Shown one piece after another: positions 25,987 to 39,328 of a stretch of 64,000 bases of DNA; position 1 is the first letter of the stretch, and each line of letters starts with the position of its first letter. Under the pieces are notes generated by a model, which was not told the DNA's origin, made no database searches, and saw only the letters and a program-made list of their open reading frames with translations. The translations under genes were made by a program, and so were the position numbers. The DNA lies in assembly GCA_951804945.1 (NCBI GenBank), contig OX638160.1:18290001-18354000 (forward strand), read 5' to 3'. The DNA comes from Podarcis cretensis. Taxonomy: Eukaryota.

Positions 25987-27744
25987 GGAGTAACATTTAG
26001 GAAGGTCAAGGAAGTACCTACTTGGTATGGTTTTGGGTTGAGTAGGTATGTGGGAGAAAAAGCAATAATTGGCATCCGAGAATTTTTAATAAATCCCCAA
26101 AATCTCATCATTATCTAGATCAAAGATGAGGAATATACTTTCCCCCAACTCCCAGCCTAGTGGTTAGGGATGGTGGGAATTGTAACCCAACAACATTCAA
26201 AGGGACACATCTTCCCAGTTCCTGCCCTAGAGAGAACATGGGGGAGCTGTAGTTTAGCTAGCAGAATCTAAGCTTCAGATTTTGACTTAGGTTTGGTTAA
26301 GAGGCTTCCCTGGAGCTGGTTAGGTAAAGTCTGAGGCTGTGTGCCATTTTTCTCCTAAGCCTTTGGGAGCTTTCCCCACCACCAGTTCCAAGACGGAGTA
26401 TAGTTGCACAGCCTGTTGCCTGGTCTAATTGTATGCAAACCTTGGCCTACTTTCACATGCTCTCTGTGAGCAATCAGTTCAGATATCTGGCAAGAGTCAC
26501 CTTGTCTCTTCCTCAGCAGCCTGTTGGGTTAAAAGGACGGGGAGGGGGCAGAGAGAATAGGAGGACATGGGGTGGGGAGACACCTACCACTGTCTTCAGC
26601 CCCAGCCCCAGTTAGCAGACGGGGCCCTCCTACTTGTGGTTCCCAGCAGCTGGGATGCAGATGGATAGTGCCTCTGACACTGGAGCCAATATAGCCACCA
26701 TGACTAGTAGCCACTGTTAGCCTTATCCTGCGGGTATTTATTTATCTAATGAAGTGAATGGACCCCATTGATTCATAAATAGTTTTCATTCATTATGAAG
26801 TGAATGTACACCCCCAGGCCCAATTAACATTGCTTCCCATTCAGACACTGCAGCCCACGGCAAATGCTATTGCAGCATTCATTATCGGTTGCATTCATCA
26901 TCTGTAGAAGTCGAGGCTAAGCAGCTGTATCTTCCTCCCCTCACTAGAGGAATCAAAGCTCTGGTTTCCCATCCTTCATCAGAAGCTGTCCAGATGCTTC
27001 CAGTTTGCAGCCTTCTCAGCCAAGACGATTTTAAAAAGAGTTTCCAGTAAAAAAAACCAACCTTCCATTGTAGGGATTTCAGTGAGAACCCTACAACATT
27101 GGCTTCTGTCCCTGATTCCATGTGCAAAGAACCCCTGCTGACCTGTTTTTGCTGCTGCTTCCATACATGCCATAATTTACTTTTTTTTATTCCAGGCTTT
27201 CCCCGGAGCTAGCTAAGATATTGCAATGCACATTTTACAACCGTGGGAAACTGGCAATATTTCTCTCTCTGCAGATATCAGTGACTTTTCAGTGCCTGAG
27301 GCCTTCAAGTGGCCTGTGATCACAGATACAGTTTTTACCTTATTCAAAACAAGAAGAGATGTACTGCCTCTTGAATCAAATCTTTTCCCTTCAGGCTGAC
27401 TTTTTAGTTGTTTATAGGTCTAAATGTACTAAGCAAAAGAACTTGATTGTGCTTTCCATTTTATTTTCTCCAGATATATTTTCCCATTTTGGGGTGGCTT
27501 GTTGTTGTTATATTATATATATTTATTATATATTCACTTCCACTTTGTGTTCACAGATGGATATATGGATGGGAACCACTCTCCTAGTCTGTTCCCAAAC
27601 CATTTGGGATTGTGTGGGAATGAAACAGCCACATGGAAAGGGTAGTGATCAGGTGTCAAAGATCCATATAACCATTCCTCTCCACACTCATCTGAGTTTA
27701 GAATTAAACACATTTTTAATTTTTTTAAATTATTGCATTTCTAT

Positions 27745-27942
27745 CTTGTCTTTCCTCTGAGGGTTTCAGGTTGGTGTACAGGTTTCCCCCCTTATTTTAT
27801 ATTCACAATGCTTTCAGGTAGATTAGGCTGAAAGATGGTAACTGGCCCAAGGTAACTCAGTGAGGTTCCTGGCTGAGTCAAAATATATACCCTGGTCTCC
27901 CAATTCCTTGTTCAGTTTTTGAAGCATGACACCACACAGGCT
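27745..27942 (-). mobile_element. MIR/CORE-like SINE
   Basis: cacaatgctttcaggtagattaggctgaaagatggtaactggcccaaggtaactcagtgagg, similar to 3068 and 28520. Confidence 0.7.
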
Positions 27943-28519
27943 TTCATTCTGCTGCAGTTGTGTGTGAGGATGTAGCAGGCATCTCTCTCTTCCTCCAGCC
28001 TTGTATCATGCTGTTAAAATTTTTTGTTTTACTCTCCAGATCTGCTTTCCCCTCTTGCTTATTTCAGGTATTGGAACTCTTAACCAGCTCAACCAAAAGC
28101 ATAATTCTGTACTGGAAATTTTCCTTTTGCAAAAGCCCTTATTTCAGTTTTGAAACACTCGTTAACCATGCCAATGAGTCAGATTAGAGCATTATATATA
28201 AGCTTGTGCAAAATGCATGCTTTATTCTGAAATGGGTATTTAATGGTTTTTGGCAAGCAACAGTGTGTGGGCTGGGAAGAGAGTAGGACTTTAAACTGAG
28301 CAGGCAGTGGGGCTATATAGGTTGGAAATATAAAGCAGGAAACCACAAAGAAAGGGAAGGTCAGATAGCTGTGCTGGATGGAGCTGAAATAGTTGATTAT
28401 TTATCCTCACTTTTTTAAAAAAAGTGAAACCTGCACTTGCTGCAGCTGTTTCTTGTGCCAGAGTCACTCCCTAACTGCTAAATATCAAAGAGGAATCCCC
28501 CCCTTTTTTACTCTTTCTA

Positions 28520-28718
28520 TCTGTGTATCACCTTTCCTCCAAGCAACTCAAGGGGGCATAAATGCTTTTCTTCTTCCTCCCCTTTATTTTCACAACAGTC
28601 CTATGAAGTAGGCTAGGCTGAGAGACTGTGACTGGCCCAAAGCCACTCAGTGAGTTTCATGACTGAGCAGGGATTTGAACCCAGGTCTCCTAGGTCCTAG
28701 CCCAACACTTTTCCCACA
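28520..28718 (-). mobile_element. MIR/CORE-like SINE
   Basis: cacaacagtcctatgaagtaggctaggctgagagactgtgactggcccaaagccactcagtgagtttcatgactgagcagggatttgaacccaggtctcc. Confidence 0.8.
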
Positions 28719-28719
28719 G

Positions 28720-28992
28720 TGATGGAGGCTGGGATGGCCATCAGTTTGGACCACATTTAAAAAAGGAATAGAAAAAATTCAGCAGGCTCTTAATGATTAC
28801 TAGTCAGGTTTGCTATATTCTGCCTTCACGGTTAGAAGCAGTAATGCTTCTGAATACCAGTTGCTAGCAACCACAGGATGGGGAGAGTTCCACTGGGCTG
28901 GGGTCTTGCTTGTGGCTTCCCACAGACATCTGTGAGAACAGGATGCTGGACTAGCTGGGCTGTTGGCCTGATCCATCGGGGTATTCTTACAT
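28720..28992 (+). mobile_element. CR1 LINE 3' end fragment
   Basis: gatggccatcagtttggacc…cttctgaataccagttgct…gtgagaacaggatgctggactagctgggc…ggcctgatcca. Confidence 0.8.
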
Positions 28993-29409
28993 TGAGAGAT
29001 ACATCTCTTTAGGGTCAGGCAAATATGTTTACTATCACCACCCTGGAAATACTGATGACAAGCAGTCGCCTCTGTGTCAGTTATCAGCCTGGCTGGACAC
29101 TGGCTGAGGACTCCCAGGGCTCAGAAGGACCTTTGTCTCTCTGACCTACCACCTACTCACTTGCCACTAGTTCCAGGTGATCCACATGTTAATGACATCC
29201 ATGTTAATGACAGAAGGAGGTCTAAGAGAGCAGGGAATAATTGAAGAACACTTTGAACATAAATACAGGTAGTCTTTTAAAGTTATTTGGGCTAGGAAGT
29301 TATACTCCCCTTTCTCCCCCCCCAATTAAGCTGAACTTTTAGGAAGAGGCCTTGAATATTCACAAGGAGCCTATCCCTGTTGTGGCTACTGCCTTGAGGT
29401 GTTCTAGGG

Positions 29410-29730
29410 CAGGGGTCAGCAACCTTTTTCAGCCATAGGCCGGTCCACTGTCCCTCAGACCATGTGGTGGGCCAGACTATATTTTGGAAAAAAATATGAA
29501 CAAATTCCTATGCCCCACAAATAACCCAGAGTTGTATTTTAAATAAAAGCACACATTCTACTCATGTAAAAATGCCAGGCAGGCCCCACAAATAACCGAG
29601 AGATGCATTTTAAATAAAAGGACACATTCTATTCGTGTAAAAACACACTGATTCCCGGACCATCCATGGGCCGGATTTAGAAGGCGATTGGGCTGCATCC
29701 AGCCCACGGACCTTAGGTTGCCTACCCCTG
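29410..29730. mobile_element. hAT-Charlie non-autonomous element with ~60-bp internal duplication
   Basis: TIR caggggtcagcaacct…aggttgcctacccctg, with gttctaggg on both flanks. Internal repeat at 29513-29572 / 29583-29643. Confidence 0.92.
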
Positions 29731-29804
29731 GTTCTAGGGGCACCAAGGCATTTCCATTTCTACTTGCAAAATATTGTGGAGAGCATGAACTTGTCCTGTT
29801 CTCC

Positions 29805-29842
29805 TTCCCTTCCCTTCCCTTCCCTTCCCTTCCCTTCCCTTC
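29805..29842. repeat. (TTCCC)n microsatellite
   Basis: Directly visible. Confidence 0.95.
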
Positions 29843-30734
29843 TCTTGCTGCAGCTCTGGTCCAACAGAGGAATTATAAGGGCACAAAAGGAAAAGAGAAA
29901 AAGCAGTCAATAACATTGGAAAATATTTTCCTCAGTGTTCATTGTTTGCCCACAAAAGTTAAGAACGGTTTAATCTCTTTTTATTTCCCCAGTTTTAGTT
30001 ATTTAACAGCTTTTCAAACTGTTTGTTGCTTGCTCTAGGTTGGGTTGTTTAGCTGGAGAATTGATTTTAAGAGTCCGTATAAGATTTTTGCATGCTGGAT
30101 TATTATGATAACATTTAGGCACCCCAGGGCATACTGCAGCATTCAGTTAATACACTCCCTTTGCCTGTGACCTTACATTTGGCAATGAACCAGGTGTCTG
30201 TGTTAATGAGCCAGTGAAACAGGCCTTGTTATATCATCCCATCTCAGAGCAATACTTCTCAGCGATCAAGGGAATAACTTATAAGTGATTATTGAAGTGT
30301 GGATGTGTGAAATGAAGAAAATTTATACTCCCCATTAAAGTTTCTTTGTTTCCTCTTTTAGCAAAGAGTAGTAGCTTTTGTTTCTGAGATTTTAAGTTCT
30401 TACACTTTTTCAATGTATATCTAAAGGGAATCTTAACTGAGTTTTTCATAACAATAAAATGTGTTTTAAAATCTTTTATCATTTTTTAGACTGAAAATGG
30501 ATCAGGCCTCAAGAAATGCTCCAAATCTTTGGGCAACTTCATTCAACATATGCCATTTTAAAGCGAGAGTAAAATAGCAGAAATATAAGAGACATTAAAA
30601 AGTCTCAACTCCTCCTGGTTTGAAAATAAATCCTTGGTGCAACCTGGTTTAAATTATTTTTAAAGAAAAAAGACTTGTTATGCTTAACAGCTTGAGTGTA
30701 GCTAGCCATTAATTCACTTTGGCGAGCCACTATG

Positions 30735-30976
30735 ACAGTCAGTGTGGCGTAGTGGTTAGAATGCCAAGACAATGGAGATATGTAGTCAAATCCCTACTGC
30801 TCCTTGACACTCACTGAGTGACCTTGACTCATTTAGTCTCTCTCAGCCTAACCTTCCTGACAGGGTTATAATGAAGATAACATGGGAGGGAGGTGATAGG
30901 AGGGAGAGGACTTAGTAAGTCTCTCTGAGCAATTTGTATGAAGGGCAGGATTTTAAAAGTAAGTAAATATATAAAA
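30735..30976 (+). mobile_element. MIR/CORE-like SINE, near full length
   Basis: cagtgtggcgtagtggttagaa A box, core tctctcagcctaaccttcctgacagggtt, and an A-rich tail. Confidence 0.8.
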
Positions 30977-32509
30977 TATTCTCTTAAATCACAGTGGCTC
31001 CTTAGTCATATGGAACTGCAACTACGTGTCTATCTTACTAGCACCATTGTGAATGGTTCTTGAGATAATGACCTTGTTTGCACATCACAGCAAGCCAAAC
31101 CATGGGTTGCTGGGATCACACAAACATTCTGGCTCCTGGGAAGGAGCTTGGGCCCACTTTGCTCTCCTCAATCAAAACCGTGGCTACAGGTTGTAGTCAA
31201 GAAAGAGATGCATTAAAGACAATAATCCCAGGTTCAGATGACATGCCGTGCTGTGTCGTGCGTCTCTAGGTTGCCGTGCTGTGCTGTGCGTCTCTAGGAG
31301 CAAGCATGTTCCATGCAGTCCCTATAAGCCATAGCTTGGTTTACTGTGATGTGTGAACCAGGACAATGTAATGTATGAGAAACCCTTGGCACCCTTATCG
31401 GACATTAGTTATTCTTATCAGTGTGGAATGTGGCACCCTGGCTCCCTTTCGGAGCTCCGTCTGGGTTGCAGTCCTCAAATTACCCTGCAGTAGACTCGCT
31501 GGCTATTCTAGAAATAAGTAAACAGTTGAAGGATGAAGTTGATGGTTCTAAATTTTGCTTCCTCTTGTCTTGGTATGTGTATATGCTACAAATGCAGATC
31601 TTAGTCACACATATCCAAAAAAAATCGAGGCACGTTTTCTAAAAAGTCTGGGAAGCTCTTGTTGTAATGGAGAACAAGGAAATCAGGATTCTTACAGCAT
31701 TCGTCATTAAGGAAATGGCTCAAAACACAATTCTCCACAGAATGCTTGGCTCAGCAAAAATAGGTGCAGCCATCAATGCTTTCCATTGTTTCAAGGAATG
31801 GTGAGAACATTTTAAAGGTGGAAACTTGAGGATAATATTTTAAACATTCCAACTTGGAGCACAAATCTTTCAAAGTTGATTGCTCTGCTGCCTACAGATA
31901 GTGGTGTATGGTGATGTTGAGTGTTCCATGAAAATCCTGAAAGTGGAGGAAAAATACTTTAAAAAGAACGAGTAGATTGATCTACAAAGAGTTATGCATC
32001 TCTAGCAAAACAATGGATCTTATGAACACTTTGGGAATGGAGTGAGTTCAGAATTGCAGGGTGTTCATAATTGAGTACACTCTCCCTTCTATGTGCAGTA
32101 TCTAATAGCCTACAAATCCAACTTGACAAATTTCTTGCTATTCCCTCCCTCCAGTTCTTTCCCTTGGTCTTTCTAAGGCTCCCTTTAATCTAAATCCTAC
32201 CCATCAACTTCCATTTGCAAAAAAAGACAAGTACACATTATCAGTGGCTCTGAATCAACAGCCTTTGGGAAAGGGGCAATGCATCTGTGCATTGTGACCA
32301 TGTAGCTGGGATAGGGTTTTCCGCTTTTAAAGCCACCCATGATAACAAAAAAGAGTTGAGTATACCAGTGCTATAATCTCAGTAATTATGGTTGCATTAA
32401 GTAAGAGCTGGAATCGTTATCCTGTGGTATGCGGAGACCAATAGTGTTAAGACATTGGTCTTCAGCTGGGGCCCTGTATTGGATCACAGTCTGGTGTAAA
32501 GTGGGTCAC

Positions 32510-32938
32510 TGAATGTTGATGACATTGAAATGAAATGAAGGGGTTCTAGTAAATAAGGTAAATAAGAGTATGAAAGAAGGGATAGATATTGGATGAAAAT
32601 CTGAATAGTACAACAAGTGAAGGAATTGTTAAAGGATAAAACTAATAAGAATGAATTTGCTAAATCAATTTTAAAGTGGAATACAAGAAAGGAAGGCGGG
32701 TGGAAGTCAGGAAAATAAGTTTATGAAGGATAAGAATACGAAAAGAGGCTCTCTTTTCTTTTTTATGTTAATTATTTAAGCCATTTATGTTTGTTATAAT
32801 TTCTCTTTTCTTTTTCTTTTTTTGCTGTGTTCTAATTGTTTGTTTGTCGGTTGTATTTTTGACTTTTGATATATATTGTTTTTCTTTTGTGTTGTTTCTT
32901 TCTGTAAAACCTAATAAAATATTATTTTAAAAAAAAAA
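32510..32938 (+). mobile_element. L1-like retrotransposon 3'UTR with polyA tail and 14-bp TSD
   Basis: Perfect flanking repeat gtaaagtgggtcac (32496-32509 / 32939-32952). It ends ctaataaaatattatttt(A)10. The body is purine-rich then T-rich. Confidence 0.8.
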
Positions 32939-32985
32939 GTAAAGTGGGTCACAACAGCAACAATACTGCCACATAATTACAGTAG

Positions 32986-33165
32986 CAGGCATGTCCAAAT
33001 ATTTAATCCGTTCCCCGAAGCAGTAGCAGTATATGTTATGGGGTAAAATCCTTTAAAAAGCTCTGCAACTTCAATCCGAAAAAAAGCTCAACAACTTTGG
33101 TCGGCCTTCATGCATGTTCACTTCATCAAATCTGGCCCTCTTTGAAAAAAGTTTGGGCATCCCTG
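32986..33165 (+). mobile_element. hAT-Charlie-like MITE (same family as 18284)
   Basis: caggcatgtccaaa…catgttcacttcatcaaatctggccctctttgaaaaaagtttgggcatccctg. Confidence 0.8.
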
Positions 33166-33771
33166 CATGTGTTTGGGCTAAAGGCGGCTCTGGTTCTGCA
33201 GAGGTTGAAGACTATAAAGCAGTCTATAGTCCTTCTCTTTCTAGTTATTACTTCTTGTTAAACCAGCCTTTGCCCTCCAGATGTTTTGGAATACCTTCCC
33301 CATCAGTCCCTGTCACTACTGGCTGGGATTGAGTAGAACAAAACATCTGGGGTATTCCAGGTTAGCAAAGGTTGCATTACACCTTTATCATTGCAGAAAA
33401 AGATGGGTTCATTGCTGTGATCTAGTCAGGGGTTTTCCATGGTATTGGTTGAAGTTACCATTGATATATTGTGTTGGTCCTTCTACAGATGGGCTGGTAG
33501 AACCATTCATAATGGTAACTCCCCAGATATTTCTTGTTTTATACTATATTTTCAGATTTTCTCACAACTCCATCTCCTTTTGGATGAAATCTGAAAACAA
33601 AATATCATGCTACCCAAAAAACCTGAATATTAACAACACTTCCTTTTTATTTATTTAGACATTTGTTTCTTACCTGCCTATGGTAAAATCAAACTCTTAG
33701 TAGCTTACAAATAAAAATATTAATTGCATAAAAAATTAAAAACAAACACCAATAAGAACAGCATAATAAAA

Positions 33772-34070
33772 GCCAAGTCTGAATATCCCATCCCATATCC
33801 CATATCAGCATTATTTTACTCCACCCCCCCCCCCCCAGTATGAAAAATGGATGTAGAGATAGGTCTCATGGAGGAACCTTACTTGGGAGAAATGGGTATA
33901 TTTTGCCCAGTCACACCTCTACTAAAATCCCGGGAGTTTATTCCAATGAAGGTATTCCATTGGCACAAGGATTTCCTCCTGTGCAATGGGCTAACAGAAC
34001 AACTTCATTGACTACAACCTCAAGCATCAGATTTCCCCCGATGGGGGCAGCAGTCACTTCTCCACTAGGG
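33772..34070. mobile_element. Unclassified 299-bp insertion flanked by an 18-bp direct repeat
   Basis: aagaacagcataataaaa at 33754-33771 and 34071-34088. Confidence 0.6.
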
Positions 34071-34954
34071 AAGAACAGCATAATAAAATATGAACCAAGA
34101 ACTTCCTTACTTCCTTCTCTGTAGGCACCGTTTGTGTTACTCTAACCTTCTCGTTGCCTTCTCTGTTTTTCTAAAGGTCACTCTTTGCCATGACTTAATT
34201 ACTTGGCTTAAAACATTGAAAGGCTGGAGCAGGCTAGTTTCTCACAAAATGAATGAGCAGAATAGTGGCTGCACACTTTGCCTCATATCTTTGGCTCTCA
34301 AAGGGCTAGAGTCTTGCTTTCTAAGGAAAAGAAGAAAACTAGGAATCCATAACATGGCATAATTGTGGGTGTCAGGGGGAAGCTCCTCTCCCCTTGACCA
34401 CCTGTGGATGCCCATACTTGAGACCCTGCAGATGTTGTTGGCTCCAGTTAGTCACAGCTATCATGGCCAGTTGTTGGGGATGATGGGAGCTGGACTCCAG
34501 CAACATCTGGAAGCCACATGTTTGCCATCTTTGCTCTAGTCACACTAGAAGGGAGATGGCAGTGCTGTGAAAGGTCTTTCATTTGGAACCCATTTGGTTT
34601 ATACATGCCCAGGAAGGAAATGAGGCTTTATGAGCAAGAAAATGATACTTCCTGGGCAACCTTTATATGAATGCTTAGTAATTTGCAGATTATTGAGATT
34701 AGATGTCGTGACATGCAAAAGTTCTCAAAATTGGATGCAGTGTTCTTGAATTTCAAAAATGCAGAAAAGATGCACTTAGATATTTTGCACATCAATTTCA
34801 TGTAATATCAAAACCAGATTTTTTTCAGGGATTTCTTTTTTTTAAAAAAAGAGCTATAGAAAAAATAAGAGCTCTAGGTTTGATGCTGCAGTTTCATTTT
34901 AATGAAAGACTAAGTATTTGCACAGCAATTTAAGAGCATATGAAACATTACATT

Positions 34955-34999
34955 TATCTATCATCTATCTATCTATCTATCATCTATCTTATCTATCTA
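34955..34999. repeat. Imperfect (TATC)n microsatellite
   Basis: Directly visible. Confidence 0.9.
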
Positions 35000-35747
35000 G
35001 TGCACATTATCTGAGTAATCCTCACAATAATCCTAAAAGGTGGGCCAGTATTACTGCCCATATATTGTAGATCAGTAGTCTTCAACTTTTTCAGTCCCAG
35101 AACCCACTTTTAACCCAAACATGCATTTGGGTACCCATTTCCTAATCTTTTACTGCATATTCACCTGTTGGTACTGCTCCTGTTGCAGCCCACCTTGGAT
35201 CAGGCCATGACCTACTAGTAAATCCCAGCTCACCAGTTGAAGACTTGTAGATGATGTCTGTGTTGTAGATGATGAGAGGTGGGAGGGAGAAGCCGAGAAG
35301 AGAGTGGCCTGCTGAAGTAAATGAATTGCAGAGCAACATTGGAACTAGAGTCATTGTGATTCTTGCCTCAGTATCCTTCCCACTATTCTTAGAATTTTGT
35401 TAATGTCTAATAAAAAGACTTTCATCCCGTATCTTATAAACTGAATAGCACTGGTTAGTGTTGGCAAATTCCAGGGCAAGGAGACAAGGATTTGGGCTCT
35501 TAACTCTAATAAATAATAGACTTTTTATTCTATTCCAATATAACTCTGGACCTCTGTTACATCCCAATATTTTCCTGGTAATTTAGCAGATGATGAGCTA
35601 GTTTGGAAATGAATAGTGGTGGAACAGGCTACATTTAATATACAAACTGACTTTTCTCATTGTGCCCCCTACTGATTGAAAAATGGAAGTGTAGCATATG
35701 AGATCCTCATGCTCCTTCCTCAATTTTAAGGGGAGACAAAGAAGGCT

Positions 35748-35779
<32 letters not shown>

Positions 35780-37021
35780 TGCATGAGGTCTAGAGATAGT
35801 TTAGGCAGGAGTTTCAATTGATTACCGCCACACATTTGAAATCTTCAGAGGTAACTTTATTTAAGCACATACTTATCTACTTTTGGCCTTTGAATGATAA
35901 CAGGATTTGAGACACAAGTAAAGCTCTGACACCACCTTGGCATGCAAACTTGCACTTCAGTTTATTTCTGTAATAGCAAAAGGACAAAGTCCTCGAAGTC
36001 AGTGGAAGCTTGTTGATACATGCATGGTGTTTAACAAGGAAGTCTTTTCTGACAAGAAAAGAAAAGAATAGAAAATCTCATGTTCTTTGTATACAAAGAA
36101 GGAAGATAAAATTTGAATTAAGTACTGTACTTCAGTTAAAGCAAAGCATCTGTATTGAGCCGGGGGGAAATAGTTAATGGCTTGACACATTTATTTATTA
36201 ATTAAGTTGCATGTGTAGAAAAAAAATGATAATGGGACAAATAAGCCAAACAGAAAACACAAACAACTTAGGTAACTAACCCTGTGTAGAAGTGTGTGGG
36301 AGCTGCAAAACAACAGAGGTAGATGTTGGTGGGAAAGCCTTGCCTGTCAGCAAGATGCAATGTGTAACTGATCAATAAAGCATTAATCTCTTTCACTCAG
36401 CACTCATTGAGTCATTTAGTGAAGATTTGGCAAGTTTGGATGCACAATTATCTTCTAGTATGAGTGGTGGCTGGTGCCTGTAGGAATTGATAGGGTGGAA
36501 GGCAGGGAGACCAAAAGCAGGTGGGCTCAGAGCCAATGATAGGAAGAGCCAACTAATTCTAGCTTTGTCTCCATCCCTCTTCCATGCTGAGGTATCCAAA
36601 GGACAAAAGTGAGACTAAAGAGGAGGAACTTTAATCCCTTGGTCGAATTGAACAAAGAAGGCAGGTAGGTGAGGCTAGGTTGTGTTGTTCATACCAGGAG
36701 ATGGGAAGCATTAAATTGACTCTGCTGGTGTGTTTGCACTACATAAACTTTGCTGTCGCCTTGCTCTTCCCTATCTACCCTTTCAGTAAACAGCAGGATC
36801 ACCACACTGTCAACTGCAGGATGGAGGGCAACAGCAAATCTATTGTTTAATTTTTATTTTTTACTATTACTGTATTTTGGCTGCATACAATAAACTACAC
36901 GTTATGCTAAGTACAAGCAGTAGCAATGCTATTCTGTAGTATTTTGGTTTTGGAATGTTACGTTTTTAAGCACTGAAAAGTATCTCTCCTATTTTTTAAA
37001 AACCATTTAAAGATAGTTTAA

Positions 37022-37130
37022 GCAGGGGCTGGATGGCCACTTGTCATGTATGATCTGCATTGCAGAGGGTTGGACTAAATGACTCTCAGGGTCCCTTTCA
37101 ACTCTACAATTCCAATTCTGTGATTCTATA
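37022..37130 (+). mobile_element. CR1-type 3' tail fragment
   Basis: ctgcattgcagagggttggactaaatgactctcagggtccctttcaactctacaatt…ttctgtgattctat. Confidence 0.75.
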
Positions 37131-37299
37131 GTTCTATAAGACTAATATGCATTTTGGAATTTGTCTTCAGCTTCTTCCCTGTTTCCAGTTCTTTTGAACA
37201 TGTGTGACAACATGTTTACAGCTTATTTTTTAGGACTAGTAACACAGTTAGCATATTTTCAGCTGTATAATGTTCCTGGTTGGTTAATCAGTGGTTATC

Positions 37300-37642
37300 C
37301 AGTAAGGCAAAACGAAGCCTCAGGCCCATGAGCCAAATGGGCTCCTCCAGGCCTTTTTGTCTGGCCCTTAGGACTTTCACTATCATTGACTCTGTTTCAT
37401 ATAATCCTTGGGGCTTTTTGCTGGAATGTGTCTTTGAACTCTGATAATGCCCATTGCTTGTCTGGATGCAGAACAGAAAAGTGTGTGGGTGTGTGGAAAC
37501 TAGCCTGCTCTACAAAACTAACATTTACATTTGTTGCACCAATCATTTTTGCTTTTGGCCTCACCCACCACTGCCACGTGGCCCCCAGAAGGTTGTTGAG
37601 AAGGAATGTGGTATTTGGCCTAAAAATGTTCCCACACCACTG
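37300..37642 (+). mobile_element. Old hAT-type MITE (same family as 19123)
   Basis: ctggaatgtgtctttgaactctgataatgcc…gtggcccccagaagg…aaaaatgttcccacaccactg. Confidence 0.7.
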
Positions 37643-39328
37643 CAGAAAAGAGTTTTAATTTGCTTACATTTCTTTTTTAACTACAGTGTCCCAGTCCAGT
37701 TTTGCAATCATTGCTACTTTAGTGTTCAATAATTTATTCTCTTGCAATTTTGCGTGCGACATCCCACATTGAGTTTTAAAGCCCGAAATGATGCAAAGAC
37801 AATGCCTCAGGCCCTGGAAGAGTGAGAGCTGTTCCATGTACTGATCACCTCTGATTTTCAGTGCTTGATTATTCCTTTTAATCTTGAAAGATGGAGATGC
37901 TCAAATAGCTGCACTTGATCACTTTAGATTATGGGTAATGCCATATAACATCTTGGCAAATTGCCTGAAAGATTTTTTTCCCTTTTAACACCATCTATGC
38001 AAGTAAAACCTATTGAGACTCAATTAAGAATTTTATTAGGTTTTCTTACAGTTATAAGGACGTGCAGTGGATGCTGGATAAAAGGCATTGGCTTTCCAGG
38101 CTCTACAGCGGTAGGGAATTTTGCTCACTTAATGATGCTACTTCTTTATGTTCTTTTGTGGCAGTGGAAATAGCTACTATCCATTACAGTCAAGAAACTG
38201 TGTGGAAACAAGTCTCTAGCTTTTAGTCCTCCATGTATGTGAGAGTTTTCTTCTAGTAGTTGCCCCATTTGTTTTATACTGTCTTTGGGGGAAGCCATGA
38301 CAGTTAACATGGTATAATAGCACTTTAAAAGTATGGTGTGGGTGTGGTCTTGGATTCATTTTTTATGTTAGTTATGCTGCCCTTCTTCTCATTAGGAGCC
38401 CAGAGCCATGTACAACATAAGTACATTTGTTACAGTAATTTAGAGTATGTTAAATTTCATCTCTAAAATACATAATACCAGATTACCAATCTGCTGAAAC
38501 CCCTCAGGCAACATTCATATCCCCAAACCCCAAGCAATCAAGTATACTTTCATTTTATGTCTAAATGATATCAATTTGTGGTGAACAAATTCAGTTCCTC
38601 AGGGAGCGAGTCCCAGAACTGGGGTGCCACCACAGAAGAGGCCCTGTTCCAAGTTGCCACCCCACAGGCCATACCAACCAGTGGCACCACAAAAGTTACC
38701 AAATTCAAAAGGGTTTGAGGTTTTGAATAAATCAGGAAAAAGATGAGATGTCTATTTTCAACATTTACAAAAATAAAATAGTTTTTCCCCTGTTCCAGAT
38801 TGATTGTGAAACTTCAAGTCATTCCCCCTTCTTCATTACATGCAGCTAGTTGTGTGTGTGTGGGGGGGGATTTTGCCATGAGCTAGGAAGACTTTCTCAC
38901 ATCAATCTGCCTGCTGTTTCAATGAAAAGAATCCTTTATTAAAACCGGTTAGTCTACAGGGCTGCCGTCAAGATTTTATGTTTTGTTATTTTGCAAAGTT
39001 GGAGGCATCCAGACATGTTTAAGGTTAACTGAGTAGAGAACAGTGTGAAATTTGATTCAGGCGAATCAGAAAGTGGATCACTACATTTGTTTTTACAGGT
39101 CTTATGCAACCCAGACAACTCTTTTTACACTTTCTGCATTTTAAACCCAATGTATTTTTATGTGATTTCAGCAGTTCTCTTTCCAGAGCTGAGAATTCTT
39201 AACTTAGAACCCATTGTGGAAAAAGACTCCCCACCTCCCTTTCATGAACATTTTGACTCACTATGCACACACTTAAGCTGATTAGTTGTTTTGAATTAAG
39301 CTGCCATTCAGACTTTTACTATACAGAT

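Noticed and set aside
31244-31298. 27-28-bp tandem duplication (also a short one near 29185)
   Set aside because: Ordinary slippage duplication inside an old MITE-like sequence; no further signal.
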